Shown: piece after piece, positions 1 through 8,727 of the stretch
Layout of the letters: the number at the start of each line of letters is the position of its first letter
How positions within the stretch are numbered: the first letter of the stretch is position 1
Assembly: GCA_016839765.1 (NCBI GenBank)
Contig: JAEOTP010000033.1
Span: 1 to 16,082 of the forward strand
DNA length: 16,082 nucleotides
Reading direction: 5' to 3'
Origin: Promethearchaeota archaeon
GTDB taxonomy: Archaea; Asgardarchaeota; Lokiarchaeia; Sigyniarchaeales; SOKP01
Notes under the pieces: generated by a model
Databases searched by the model: none
What the model was told of the DNA's origin: nothing
The model's input: only the letters and a program-made list of their open reading frames with translations
Position numbers and translations under genes: made by a program

Positions 1-1
1 C

Positions 2-139
2 AGCACTTATTTCGATGCTACCGAAGATAGCAATCAATATTGGCTATGTGAAACTACAGATCAAGGGTGGATGGTTGGACAATTACCAGCTTCAGATCCC
101 TCTGATTTTTCAATTGTAGGTTATGCATTTGTCAATTAA
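2..139 (+). CDS. 3' end of an edge-truncated gene, probably an archaeal transglutaminase-like domain protein
   Basis: Frame 2 is open from the window edge: STYFDATEDSNQYWLCETTDQGWMVGQLPASDPSDFSIVGYAFVN* (TAA 137-139). YxxCETTxxGWxVGxLP resembles the C-terminus of archaeal transglutaminase-like proteins. Not in ORF track. Confidence 0.6.
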   Translation, partial: STYFDATEDSNQYWLCETTDQGWMVGQLPASDPSDFSIVGYAFVN

Positions 140-218
140 CTTATTTCTTGGCACTCCTTCAATTTATTAAATAACTTATCTTAATTTTTCATCCATCTCT
201 ACCTAATTTAATGGAAAA

Positions 219-734
219 TTATTCTAAGTTAACTACAATATCTCCAGAACAAATTTCTTGAGAATATAGTAAACATTTTTTAATTTTAGGCTCAACTTCA
301 TACTTAATTCCTAAAGCATCTAACCAACAACATACGCGAAAAATTACCCCACATTCATAATTTTCTTTTACCCCAATCATTTTCATCCCTTCAAAAGCAA
401 AGCATTTATTCATTTCCCAATGGATATGGCCTTCTTCAAGGAAGGTATAATTAAATCTCATAAAATCACCTTTTAATATACTAAAAGCATCATCAATGAA
501 TTGCTTGAGTTGGTCGAATTTTGTTATTTTTAGACTTTCCATCCCCATAGCCTTTTTAATTCTCTGAACTTCAAGCACCGAAAGATTTCTGATCGCACCT
601 TTATTTAATTTGTTGGCAACATCAATACCCAGCTCCTTCACAGAATTATAAAACCAAGACCCATCATGAGTCATCCAACATTTAACAAGAAGTTCTTTTA
701 ATTCATTTTTATCAAGTTGATTAAATAACGTCAT
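219..734 (-). CDS. DUF6125-like protein (V4R/ATC-hydrolase-like fold, possible metal binding)
   Basis: 171 aa; N-terminal KCWMTHDGSWF motif, and spaced Cys in KCFAF, YECG, KCLL and ICSG. Confidence 0.7.
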   Translation of the reverse strand: MTLFNQLDKNELKELLVKCWMTHDGSWFYNSVKELGIDVANKLNKGAIRNLSVLEVQRIKKAMGMESLKITKFDQLKQFIDDAFSILKGDFMRFNYTFLEEGHIHWEMNKCFAFEGMKMIGVKENYECGVIFRVCCWLDALGIKYEVEPKIKKCLLYSQEICSGDIVVNLE

Positions 735-780
735 AGAAGCTCATATTATTAATTTTTATTCACTTATTTTGAATATCTGA

Positions 781-1227
781 TTAAAAATTTTTAATGGCAC
801 CTTTAGTATCTATTATATCATTACACAATTTATCGCATTTTTGGATAAATTGATTGTTTCTTCCGATATGGAAAAACTCAACTTTTTCATATTTCTCACT
901 AAGTTGATAGACTTTACTACATAATTTTGATAAATGTGGGTAATTGATTTTCCACTTTTTATTGATTTGCTGGATTGCTAGATTGCTATCAGAAAAAATT
1001 TGGAGATGGCCTTTATGAAAGCTTTCAGCAGCTTTTAAAGCATTAATAATGGCTTGATATTCCGCTTGGTTGTTTGTAGCCTTTCCTATAAAACTAACAC
1101 CATGATGGATTATGGTATTATTATGTACAAAGAGGAAAGCACATGCAGCTGGACCAGGATTACCCCGTGCTGCACCATCCGTATAAATTTTTAGAATTTC
1201 TCCTTTTTTAATCAAATATTTACTCAT
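781..1227 (-). CDS. rnhA: Ribonuclease HI (short archaeal/Gram-positive type)
   Basis: YTDGAARGNPGPA, TNNQAEY, FSDSNL and CDKL supply the D-E-D-D carboxylates. Confidence 0.93.
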   Translation of the reverse strand: MSKYLIKKGEILKIYTDGAARGNPGPAACAFLFVHNNTIIHHGVSFIGKATNNQAEYQAIINALKAAESFHKGHLQIFSDSNLAIQQINKKWKINYPHLSKLCSKVYQLSEKYEKVEFFHIGRNNQFIQKCDKLCNDIIDTKGAIKNF

Positions 1228-1377
1228 AATATATTTTAAGATTTTAAGTTAATTTGAATAATTATATGATGCAAAATTATTGATTTTAATTAATAATAGC
1301 GGTTTTTATGTAGCATCTTTATTATATTAAATACAACTATAAATAGGTTAACAGTCTATATTTAATACTATCAAAAT

Positions 1378-1392
1378 TATTGTTAAACAATA
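1378..1392. promoter_or_regulatory. Palindromic candidate operator upstream of the PPOX gene
   Basis: TATTGTT-A-AACAATA perfect 7-1-7 inverted repeat 26 nt before ATG 1419; SD-like GGAGG follows at about 1408-1412. Confidence 0.45.
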
Positions 1393-1418
1393 TAATTAAT
1401 TAATTTGGAGGGAATTCA

Positions 1419-1892
1419 ATGGAATATACTCAATCTCCTGCATTAGAGAAAGAAGAGATTAATACTTTTCTTGAAAAGGCAAAAATTGCTCGAATCTGTA
1501 GTATTAATAAGGATGGTACGATTCATGCAGTACCAGTATGGTTCAATTATGATAATGGGAAAATACTAATTGGAACACCTAAAGCTAGCCATAGAGCGCG
1601 AAATATTAGACGTGATAATAATGTTACAGTATTGATTGATGAAACGGGTCCACCAACAAGAGGAGTTATAATTTATGGTAAAGCAACTATGGATGAAGAA
1701 GATATGGATCAAGCAGCCCATTCTATATTTAACAGGTATATGTCAGAAGAAGAAGCAAGGGGTTATTGGAAAGGTTTATCGGAATTAACAGAATGGGTAA
1801 AAGTAATTGTAGAACCTATTAAAATTGCGTCATTTGATTATAGTAAAGATAATAAGTATCGGGAAGCTACAACAAAATATATAAAAGATTAA
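1419..1892 (+). CDS. Pyridoxamine 5'-phosphate oxidase-like split-barrel protein (possible F420/FMN-dependent oxidoreductase)
   Basis: ARICSINKDGTIHAVPVWF and RARNIRRDNNVTVLID are typical PPOX-class motifs; SD upstream. Confidence 0.88.
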   Translation: MEYTQSPALEKEEINTFLEKAKIARICSINKDGTIHAVPVWFNYDNGKILIGTPKASHRARNIRRDNNVTVLIDETGPPTRGVIIYGKATMDEEDMDQAAHSIFNRYMSEEEARGYWKGLSELTEWVKVIVEPIKIASFDYSKDNKYREATTKYIKD

Positions 1893-1897
1893 ATAGG

Positions 1898-2467
1898 CTA
1901 TATTGGAGTAAATAATTGCTTGGTTTCTTCTCTCTCTGATTCATATTCATATAAATCATACCAATCCCATATTTCAAGAGCGAAATCTATAAATGCATGA
2001 CCCTTGGCCGTCAAGATGTTATCGACACGTATTAATCTTGTATCAACATAATTTTCTCTTGGAAAAGGGTCTATTTCATTTCTTTCTTCATACAATTTTG
2101 GTTCTTCTGAAGTTGTATATTTTATTTTATTGAGAAGGTCCATTTTAGCCAAAAATTCAGGTCCAGCACATATTGCTGCAACTAACTTATTTTGTTTATT
2201 CAACTTTTTGACTAACTGTTCCAGTTCTGGTTTTAATACTCTTTCAATTCCTCCTGGAATGAGAATTCCTTCTATGTCGTTCAATTCTAAAGCTTCGGAA
2301 ACTGTTTGATCCGGTAGCACAGTTAGGCCAGAGATGCTTTTTACAGCTGATTTCTCATACCCAATATAGATTACTTTATACTCATCAGTTTCTTCTAGAC
2401 CAGAACAAATAAAAGTAATTTCAAAATCAGCAAATGTGTTATAGATGAAGCATAATATCTTTTTCAT
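1898..2467 (-). CDS. DJ-1/PfpI family protein
   Basis: FADFE, LIPGG, AAICAGP nucleophile elbow Cys, NILTAKG. Confidence 0.92.
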   Translation of the reverse strand: MKKILCFIYNTFADFEITFICSGLEETDEYKVIYIGYEKSAVKSISGLTVLPDQTVSEALELNDIEGILIPGGIERVLKPELEQLVKKLNKQNKLVAAICAGPEFLAKMDLLNKIKYTTSEEPKLYEERNEIDPFPRENYVDTRLIRVDNILTAKGHAFIDFALEIWDWYDLYEYESEREETKQLFTPI

Positions 2468-2509
2468 ACACTCAAAAATGAAGTGTGTAATAAAAGGCTA
2501 CTTATTATT

Positions 2510-4870
2510 TTAGATTGTAGCATGTTCTGTTCTTCGAATAATCTCATCTTGCAGATCTGCTCCTAAATTAATGAAATAATCGCTATATCCTGCTACGCGA
2601 ACGATTAAGTTTCGATATTGTTCTGGATTTCTTTGGGCTGCTCGTAAGGTATCTGCCGAAACTACATTAAATTGAATGTGGTGACCATCCATTTTGAAGT
2701 ATGCTCTAATTAAGTGTGCTATTTTATTAATTCCTTTTTCATCTGTCAATAATTGAGGTGTAAACTTTTGATTTAGTAAAGTTCCTCCTGTTCGGAGATG
2801 ATCAATTTTTCCAGCAGATTTAACAACTGCTGTTGGTCCATTAATGTCCATACCTTGAACTGGGGATATTCCTTCTGATACAGGCGTAAATGCTTTCCTT
2901 CCATCTGGGGTTGCACCAGTTACTTTTCCAAAATAGACATGAACTGTTGTAGGAAGTAAATTAATGCGATGTACACCCCCCTTTGTATTGGGGCGATTAT
3001 TAACGGCATTATACGCAATTTCAAAAACTTGCTGTGTTAAATCATCAGCATAATCATTATCATTTCCATATTTGGGTGTTTCATATAATAATCTATGTTG
3101 AATCTCACTAAATCCATTAAAATTATTTTCAAGAGCTTTTAACATTTGCTCCATTGTTAACAGCTTATTATCAAATATATTGTATTTTAATGATGCTAAA
3201 CAATCAGTAATGCTTCCAGTTCCTACAATTTGAATATAAGAGGTATTATATTTTGCGCCTCCATCATTATAATCCTTTCCCTTTTTAATACAATCTTCAA
3301 TGATGATGGACATAAATACCGCAGGAACTTGAGCCCAAAGTCGTTCAATTATTTGATTTCCCTTTATTTTAATATTTATGAAATGATTAATTTGCTTTTT
3401 ATAAGCCTCGAATAAATCTTCAAATGTTTTAAAAGTAGTTGGATCGCCTGTTTTTAATCCAATTTGTTTGTTTGTAAGAGGATCTATTCCATTATGAAGA
3501 GTTACTTCAAGAATTTTTACCAAATTAAAATACCCAGTAAGGATGTATGCTTCTTTCCCGAAAGCACCAACTTCAACACATCCACTAGCACCTCCATTGC
3601 GAGCATCAATTAAATCTTTACCTTGTCGAGTTAATTCTTGGATGATGGCATCAGTATTAAATACAGAAGGTTGACCAAATCCAGTTTTTATAATATGGAG
3701 GGCTCGTTTCAAAAATTTATCTGGGGTTTTTTTACTTATTTGGACATTGCTGCTTGGCTGGAGTATTCGCATTTCTTCGATGATATCTAAAAGCATATAT
3801 GACATTTCATTAACGCCATCTGAACCATCTTCTTTTAAACCTCCTATATTAATATTGCAAAAATCTGTATATGTATTACTTTCTTCCGCTGTTATACCAA
3901 CTTTGGGTGGAGCAGGTTGGTTATTAAACTTTACCCAAAAAGCTTGTAAAAGTTCTAGCGTTTTTTCTTTAGTTAAAATACCTTTAGCAATATCCTCTAT
4001 ATAAAAAGGATATAGATGTTGATCTAAACGCCCTGGATTAAAGGAATCCCAGGTGTTAAATTCAGTAATAATCCCAAGATGAATAAACCAATAATGTTGA
4101 AGCGCCTCCCAAAATGTTCGAGGTGCATGAGCAGGTACATAAGAGCAAATCTCAGCTATCTTTTCTAATTCTTTTTTCCTTATTGGATCTGATTCAACTT
4201 CAGCTAGTCGTTTTGCCTTATTCGCATGGCGTTCTGCAAAGGTTATAATAGCATCCGCTGCTATATCCATTGCTATGAGTTGTTCTCTTTTATGAAACGT
4301 GTCAGTATCATTATAGAAATCTAATTCTTCTATGCTTTTTTTTATTTCTTGCTTAAAATCCAAGAATCCTTTTTTCCAGATATTATTTCCTGCAACAGTG
4401 TGCCCAGGAGCTCTCTGTTCCATGAATTCTGTAAAAATCCCTGCTTCATATGCATCTATCCATTCTTGATCAACTTGATTGAAAATTTTATCTCTAATTG
4501 ATTTATCTCTCCAAAAGGGAATAATGATATCACTCATTTCTTGTCTAGTTTCGTCAGAGACTTTAAACGATATTTTTTCTCGATTATTTAAGATTTCTAA
4601 ATCTTGTAAATTATGACAACAGACTTCAGGATAAGTAGGAGTTGCTTTGGGTTCTGGTCCACGTTCCCCAACAATTAATTCCCCTTCATTTATACAAATC
4701 CTCTTATTTTGCATAAGATATTCAAATGTTTTAGCTCTACCAACTGGTTTAGAAAACTTTTGACTAACACCTGTCTTGTAAAACTCAGTTATCAATAGAG
4801 CGCGTTCCAAAGAAAGATAAGGGATTGCATTTCGGCTTTGAGCCCGTAATTTTTTAATTCGTTCATTCAT
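2510..4870 (-). CDS. hypD: Glycyl radical enzyme, trans-4-hydroxy-L-proline dehydratase
   Basis: 786 aa; RVAGY glycyl loop, single-Cys SGCVE loop; HypD-diagnostic segments TEFMEQRAPGHT, WDSFNPGRLDQ, KFNNQPAPPKVG, ESNTYTDF, LTGY, LPTT. Confidence 0.92.
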   Translation of the reverse strand: MNERIKKLRAQSRNAIPYLSLERALLITEFYKTGVSQKFSKPVGRAKTFEYLMQNKRICINEGELIVGERGPEPKATPTYPEVCCHNLQDLEILNNREKISFKVSDETRQEMSDIIIPFWRDKSIRDKIFNQVDQEWIDAYEAGIFTEFMEQRAPGHTVAGNNIWKKGFLDFKQEIKKSIEELDFYNDTDTFHKREQLIAMDIAADAIITFAERHANKAKRLAEVESDPIRKKELEKIAEICSYVPAHAPRTFWEALQHYWFIHLGIITEFNTWDSFNPGRLDQHLYPFYIEDIAKGILTKEKTLELLQAFWVKFNNQPAPPKVGITAEESNTYTDFCNINIGGLKEDGSDGVNEMSYMLLDIIEEMRILQPSSNVQISKKTPDKFLKRALHIIKTGFGQPSVFNTDAIIQELTRQGKDLIDARNGGASGCVEVGAFGKEAYILTGYFNLVKILEVTLHNGIDPLTNKQIGLKTGDPTTFKTFEDLFEAYKKQINHFINIKIKGNQIIERLWAQVPAVFMSIIIEDCIKKGKDYNDGGAKYNTSYIQIVGTGSITDCLASLKYNIFDNKLLTMEQMLKALENNFNGFSEIQHRLLYETPKYGNDNDYADDLTQQVFEIAYNAVNNRPNTKGGVHRINLLPTTVHVYFGKVTGATPDGRKAFTPVSEGISPVQGMDINGPTAVVKSAGKIDHLRTGGTLLNQKFTPQLLTDEKGINKIAHLIRAYFKMDGHHIQFNVVSADTLRAAQRNPEQYRNLIVRVAGYSDYFINLGADLQDEIIRRTEHATI

Positions 4871-4874
4871 TTTA

Positions 4875-5675
4875 TTAACCTCCTATTGAAATATTAAAAC
4901 CAAAGGATTCAAATTTAGTCCTAATTTTTTCCATTTGATCTTTAGTAGGTTCTGGAATATTTTCCATTTTGTTAAGCATTCTTAAACGGAAATATTTATC
5001 CTTCCCTATTTTGTGATAAGGAAGAAGGTCTATTTTCTGTATATGCTTTAAGCCTAATATATATTCTGCCAAATTTATAATTTCATCATCCATATCGTTT
5101 ATAGTAGGAATAATTGGAATCCTAATAAATATCTCTTTTTTCAGATCAACAAGCATTTCAAGGTTCTTAAAAATTGTCTTATTTGAAACTCCAGTGTATT
5201 TTTCATGATTCATACTATCATAAAACTTTAGATCATAAAGAAATAAATCCACATATTTAACAATTTCTTTTAATTCTTCCATAGGTCCATAACCACATGT
5301 ATCTAAGGCTGTATGGATTCCTTCTTTTTTGCACTCTTTTAAAAGTAAACGCAAAAAGTTAGGTTGGGAAAGTGGTTCTCCGCCAGAGAAAGTTGCTCCT
5401 CCTCCAGATTCTTCATAAAATATTCGATCCTTTAATATTTCTGAAATAACGTCATTGACAGAAACAATTCTACCAATTTCTTTCTTAAAATTACTTGAAG
5501 TTTTTAAATCAGATTCTTTGGATTGAATTTTTTGGAGTTTAAAACTCTGAGATTCAGGATTATGACACCACCAACAATATAAGGGGCATCCTTTTAGAAA
5601 TACAGTTGTACGAATACCAGGTCCATCATGGATAGCAAACTTTTTAATATCAAATATTACTCCAGTTTCTTCCAA
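4875..5675 (-). CDS. Glycyl-radical enzyme activating protein (radical SAM), short form with no ferredoxin insert
   Basis: HDGPGIRTTVFLKGCPLYCWWCHNPE (CxxxCxxC), SGGEP; TTG start with GGAG upstream; stop is 4 nt before the hypD start. Confidence 0.95.
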   Translation of the reverse strand: MEETGVIFDIKKFAIHDGPGIRTTVFLKGCPLYCWWCHNPESQSFKLQKIQSKESDLKTSSNFKKEIGRIVSVNDVISEILKDRIFYEESGGGATFSGGEPLSQPNFLRLLLKECKKEGIHTALDTCGYGPMEELKEIVKYVDLFLYDLKFYDSMNHEKYTGVSNKTIFKNLEMLVDLKKEIFIRIPIIPTINDMDDEIINLAEYILGLKHIQKIDLLPYHKIGKDKYFRLRMLNKMENIPEPTKDQMEKIRTKFESFGFNISIGG

Positions 5676-5863
5676 ATATATTTTTCTCCGTTTAGTGTAA
5701 ATCGTCTAACTATTTAATTATAAATTTGCAATAATAAAATTATAACTATTAGTGTAAAAAAATTTCCTTTTTATTTAATAAGAGAACAAGAGATAATCAA
5801 GTTTGAACTCAGGGAAAGAAAAAGATTTTATAGCGATTAAGATCGTATGAATAGTTCAATGAT

Positions 5864-6082
5864 CTACCATGCAGAATGATCTAAAATTGCATTAGTAGGA
5901 CAAACGTCTTGGCATGCCATACAATCAGTACACTGAGCGATTTTACTTGCGACAACCTTACCATCTACAAGTTCATATACTTCTGCAGGACAAACATCTA
6001 CACATTCTGCAACACCTATACATAGATCTAGATCAATCTCTACCCAATGATCGTTATCTTCCCATTTCTTTATATTGACCAT
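5864..6082 (-). CDS. Dicluster ferredoxin, probably [3Fe-4S]+[4Fe-4S]
   Basis: CIGVAECVDVCP (second Cys replaced by Val) and CTDCMACQDVCP. Confidence 0.9.
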   Translation of the reverse strand: MVNIKKWEDNDHWVEIDLDLCIGVAECVDVCPAEVYELVDGKVVASKIAQCTDCMACQDVCPTNAILDHSAW

Positions 6083-6134
6083 TTTTATCTAAACTTCAAA
6101 TAGAATTTTAATATTAAAAAATATTTAATACCAT

Positions 6135-7373
6135 TTAAATTTCTAAAGGTTTCACATTTGATGAGATAGAAGGTTTTCTATTATCGAATCCAAATTTTAA
6201 TACTTGAAAACTCAAAAGAAATGGAGTTATACTCAATAAACTTAAAATAATACCAAATAAGTAAGGGATTGGACTAGATAATAAGAATCCACCTATTAAA
6301 GGACCTAAAATTTGAGACATATTATCAAGCGAGGTACTGATCCCCATAATTTTGCCTTGGTTTCGAAAATCAACTGACCTGCTGGTAAATCCAATTGTGA
6401 TTCCCCTTGAGGTTGCTCCAGAAAAACTTATATAAAAAAGTAAAATTACTATTTGCCAAATTTCTGATATAAACCCAAGGAAAAAATAACCGAAAATGTA
6501 GCTTCCTAAACCTAAAATAGCAGTTTTTGGATCTCCTAGACGGGTACGGAGTTTATTAAAGAAAAATGCTCTAAAAAATACTTGAAATAAACCCATGGAG
6601 GAGAGGAGTAAACCAATCGTCTGTGCATTTAAATTTAATCTAATAGCACCAAAAAGGCTAAAAGTTGTTTGGAAAACTCCTGCAGCAATAACTAAAAAGG
6701 TATATTGAAGTAGAAGAATCATTGTTTTTTTGTTTTTCCATACAGATGGCCGTCCATTATTAATAAACTCGTTGTTATTATTTATCAATTCTTCAAACTG
6801 GGAAGTTTTCATTGGCAATGTTTCCTTTAGAAAAATTGCGGTAATAGTAATAGTAAAGCCTGCTAAAATACTTGCTAAAACTGCAGGACCTAGAATTCCA
6901 AATGGAGATAAAAACCCTCCTACTGCAGGTCCAATTAAAAATGCTAAAGTGAATGTGATTCCAATATTAGTCATCTGTTTAGGCCGATCATTTGGCGGTA
7001 CTACGTCCCCTATAACAGCTCTTGAAATAGGAAATTGACCACCAAAAATCCCATCCACTATTCTTGCCAAGAATAACATTTGGATATTTTGTGAAAATGC
7101 TAAAATTATGAACCCTGCTAATGTTCCTGCTTGAGATATCAATAATAATGGCTTTCTTCCGAATTTATCACTAAGTTTTCCTAAAATTGGTCCAAAGAAA
7201 AATCCAAATATTGCATTTGAGCTAAGCAGTAATCCAATAACAAGGGGAGAACTATTATAAACATCCATAAAAAAGGGTAAATAAGGTAATATAATACTAA
7301 ATCCTAAGATATCTACAAAAACAGCAGCCCATAAAGGAGTTAATCGTGGATACTGCATTGAAATTTTTTTCAT
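6135..7373 (-). CDS. MFS transporter, TetA/DHA1-like
   Basis: 412 aa, about 12 hydrophobic segments; DILGFSIILPYLP, motif A GKLSDKFGRKP, LARIVDGIFGG, motif C IGPAVGGFL. Confidence 0.93.
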   Translation of the reverse strand: MKKISMQYPRLTPLWAAVFVDILGFSIILPYLPFFMDVYNSSPLVIGLLLSSNAIFGFFFGPILGKLSDKFGRKPLLLISQAGTLAGFIILAFSQNIQMLFLARIVDGIFGGQFPISRAVIGDVVPPNDRPKQMTNIGITFTLAFLIGPAVGGFLSPFGILGPAVLASILAGFTITITAIFLKETLPMKTSQFEELINNNNEFINNGRPSVWKNKKTMILLLQYTFLVIAAGVFQTTFSLFGAIRLNLNAQTIGLLLSSMGLFQVFFRAFFFNKLRTRLGDPKTAILGLGSYIFGYFFLGFISEIWQIVILLFYISFSGATSRGITIGFTSRSVDFRNQGKIMGISTSLDNMSQILGPLIGGFLLSSPIPYLFGIILSLLSITPFLLSFQVLKFGFDNRKPSISSNVKPLEI

Positions 7374-7506
7374 ATATAACTAAAATAGAAGACCAACTTT
7401 AAGGATAGAGTTAATATTTTATTAAAATTCTTAGACCTATTCAAAAATAATACAGTTAAAAATCAACCTTCTATTTTTAATTATAATTAATTTTTGCATT
7501 AGAGAA

Positions 7507-8526
7507 CTAACTCCTATACTCATCTCCACAATCACCAATTATTTGAAATAGATCATTTGATTTAGAACTTATAGTTTCAATTTTTTGTATATCTTCTTGA
7601 TCTAATGAAAAGCTAAAAATTCTTGAGTTTTCTTTAATATGTTCAGAAAGGCCTAATCTTACACCAATTATTGCTCCAACTACAATTGGCTTTTCTAAAA
7701 TATAACGAACAGCAACGTTTGCAATGCTCACATTATGCTTATTAGCTATATTTTTTAAAGTTTTGAGCATTTTCTGAAAAAGATTCCAATCCCCCCATCG
7801 ATCGATCATATTCTTATATTTATAAAGAGAAGCGGTATTTAATTGCTGCCTATTAGGTTCTGCTTTTCCAAGGTATCTCTCAGTTAATAATCCTCCGCAC
7901 AAAGTACCATATGCTAGTAATTTAATTCCATACTTTTCGCATAAATCTGCCATGTATGTTTCAGGTCGTCTATCGATCAATGAATATTGAACTTGATTAG
8001 ACACAACATTTATTCCCATATTTAAAAATTCTTTAACATGTTCTGTATCAAAATTAGTTAATCCTAAGCTGGCAATTATCCCTTCTTGTCTTAAATCATC
8101 TAGAAATTCAATAGCTTTAAGATAATTTTTGTCTTGATAATCCCACCAGTGAAATTGAACCATATCTAGAACATCCATACCCATACGTCTTCTTGATATG
8201 TTAATAGCTTCTTCAACTATTTCTCTTGTTATTTTTTGTGGTCTTGGCACCCATTTCGTAAAAAACCTTACCTCCTTAAGGATCTCTTCTTTCTTTTGTT
8301 TAATCATAAATTCTCTAAGTATTTTTACGTAATCTTCAGCAGGTCCATAATGGTCTGCTAAATCCCATGTTATAAATCCGTGATCTATGTGTCTTTCCAT
8401 ACTTTTTATTGCTTGTTCTTTATTTATGTGTCCATGCGCACCGGAAACTTGCCACATTCCATTCAAAATGCGACAGATTTTAAGGTTTTGATTTAAATTT
8501 GTTCTGCTTTCTGAAGGTAATTTCAT
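7507..8526 (-). CDS. Aldo-keto reductase
   Basis: NGMWQ, WDLADHYGPAE (D/Y), FTKW (K), QFHWW (H), LGLTNF, NQVQYSLIDR. Confidence 0.93.
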   Translation of the reverse strand: MKLPSESRTNLNQNLKICRILNGMWQVSGAHGHINKEQAIKSMERHIDHGFITWDLADHYGPAEDYVKILREFMIKQKKEEILKEVRFFTKWVPRPQKITREIVEEAINISRRRMGMDVLDMVQFHWWDYQDKNYLKAIEFLDDLRQEGIIASLGLTNFDTEHVKEFLNMGINVVSNQVQYSLIDRRPETYMADLCEKYGIKLLAYGTLCGGLLTERYLGKAEPNRQQLNTASLYKYKNMIDRWGDWNLFQKMLKTLKNIANKHNVSIANVAVRYILEKPIVVGAIIGVRLGLSEHIKENSRIFSFSLDQEDIQKIETISSKSNDLFQIIGDCGDEYRS

Positions 8527-8583
8527 GATATTTGCCTATTTAAATTATTATCAAATTTAATATTGCTAGAAATATTTTTCCAA

Positions 8584-8616
8584 ACTTAAAGGAATTCTAT
8601 AAAAATTATAAGATCT
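8584..8616 (-). promoter_or_regulatory. Shared upstream element, copy 1 (aldo-keto reductase promoter)
   Basis: + strand ACTTAAA-GG-AATTCTATAAAAATTATA-A-GATCT; near-identical to 15410-15441. Confidence 0.65.
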
Positions 8617-8648
8617 TAAATTTATTTTAAAAAAATATACTAGGTTAA

Positions 8649-8726
8649 ATATATTTAGCCTCTGATAATTCCTCCTGGGTCACAGGAGCAATAATTTCCG
8701 TAGATGGAGGATTATCTGTAAATTAA
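8649..8726 (+). pseudogene. C-terminal remnant of a short-chain dehydrogenase/reductase gene
   Basis: Translates IYLASDNSSWVTGAIISVDGGLSVN*, the canonical SDR C-terminal motif; preceded in frame by TAA (8646-8648), no start codon. Confidence 0.8.
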
Positions 8727-8727
8727 A

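Noticed and set aside
781-1227. RNase H as a retroelement or transposase part
   Set aside because: Standalone cellular RNase HI with no reverse transcriptase or integrase nearby.
3230-4004. + strand ORFs 3230-3415 and 3747-4004
   Set aside because: Antisense shadows inside hypD with no recognisable motifs.
2510-4870. Pyruvate formate-lyase or choline TMA-lyase call
   Set aside because: Single-Cys GCVE loop rather than Cys-Cys, and HypD-specific motifs throughout.
6730-7038. + strand 102-aa ORF
   Set aside because: Antisense shadow of the MFS gene.
6135-7373. MFS as tetA or as a hydroxyproline importer
   Set aside because: DHA1 motifs do not define the substrate and suggest efflux; nothing supports either specific call.
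8664-8716. SECIS element or ncRNA call for the hairpin
   Set aside because: No tandem GA quartet in the stem and no in-frame TGA in the adjacent ORF; the SDR remnant explains the sequence better.
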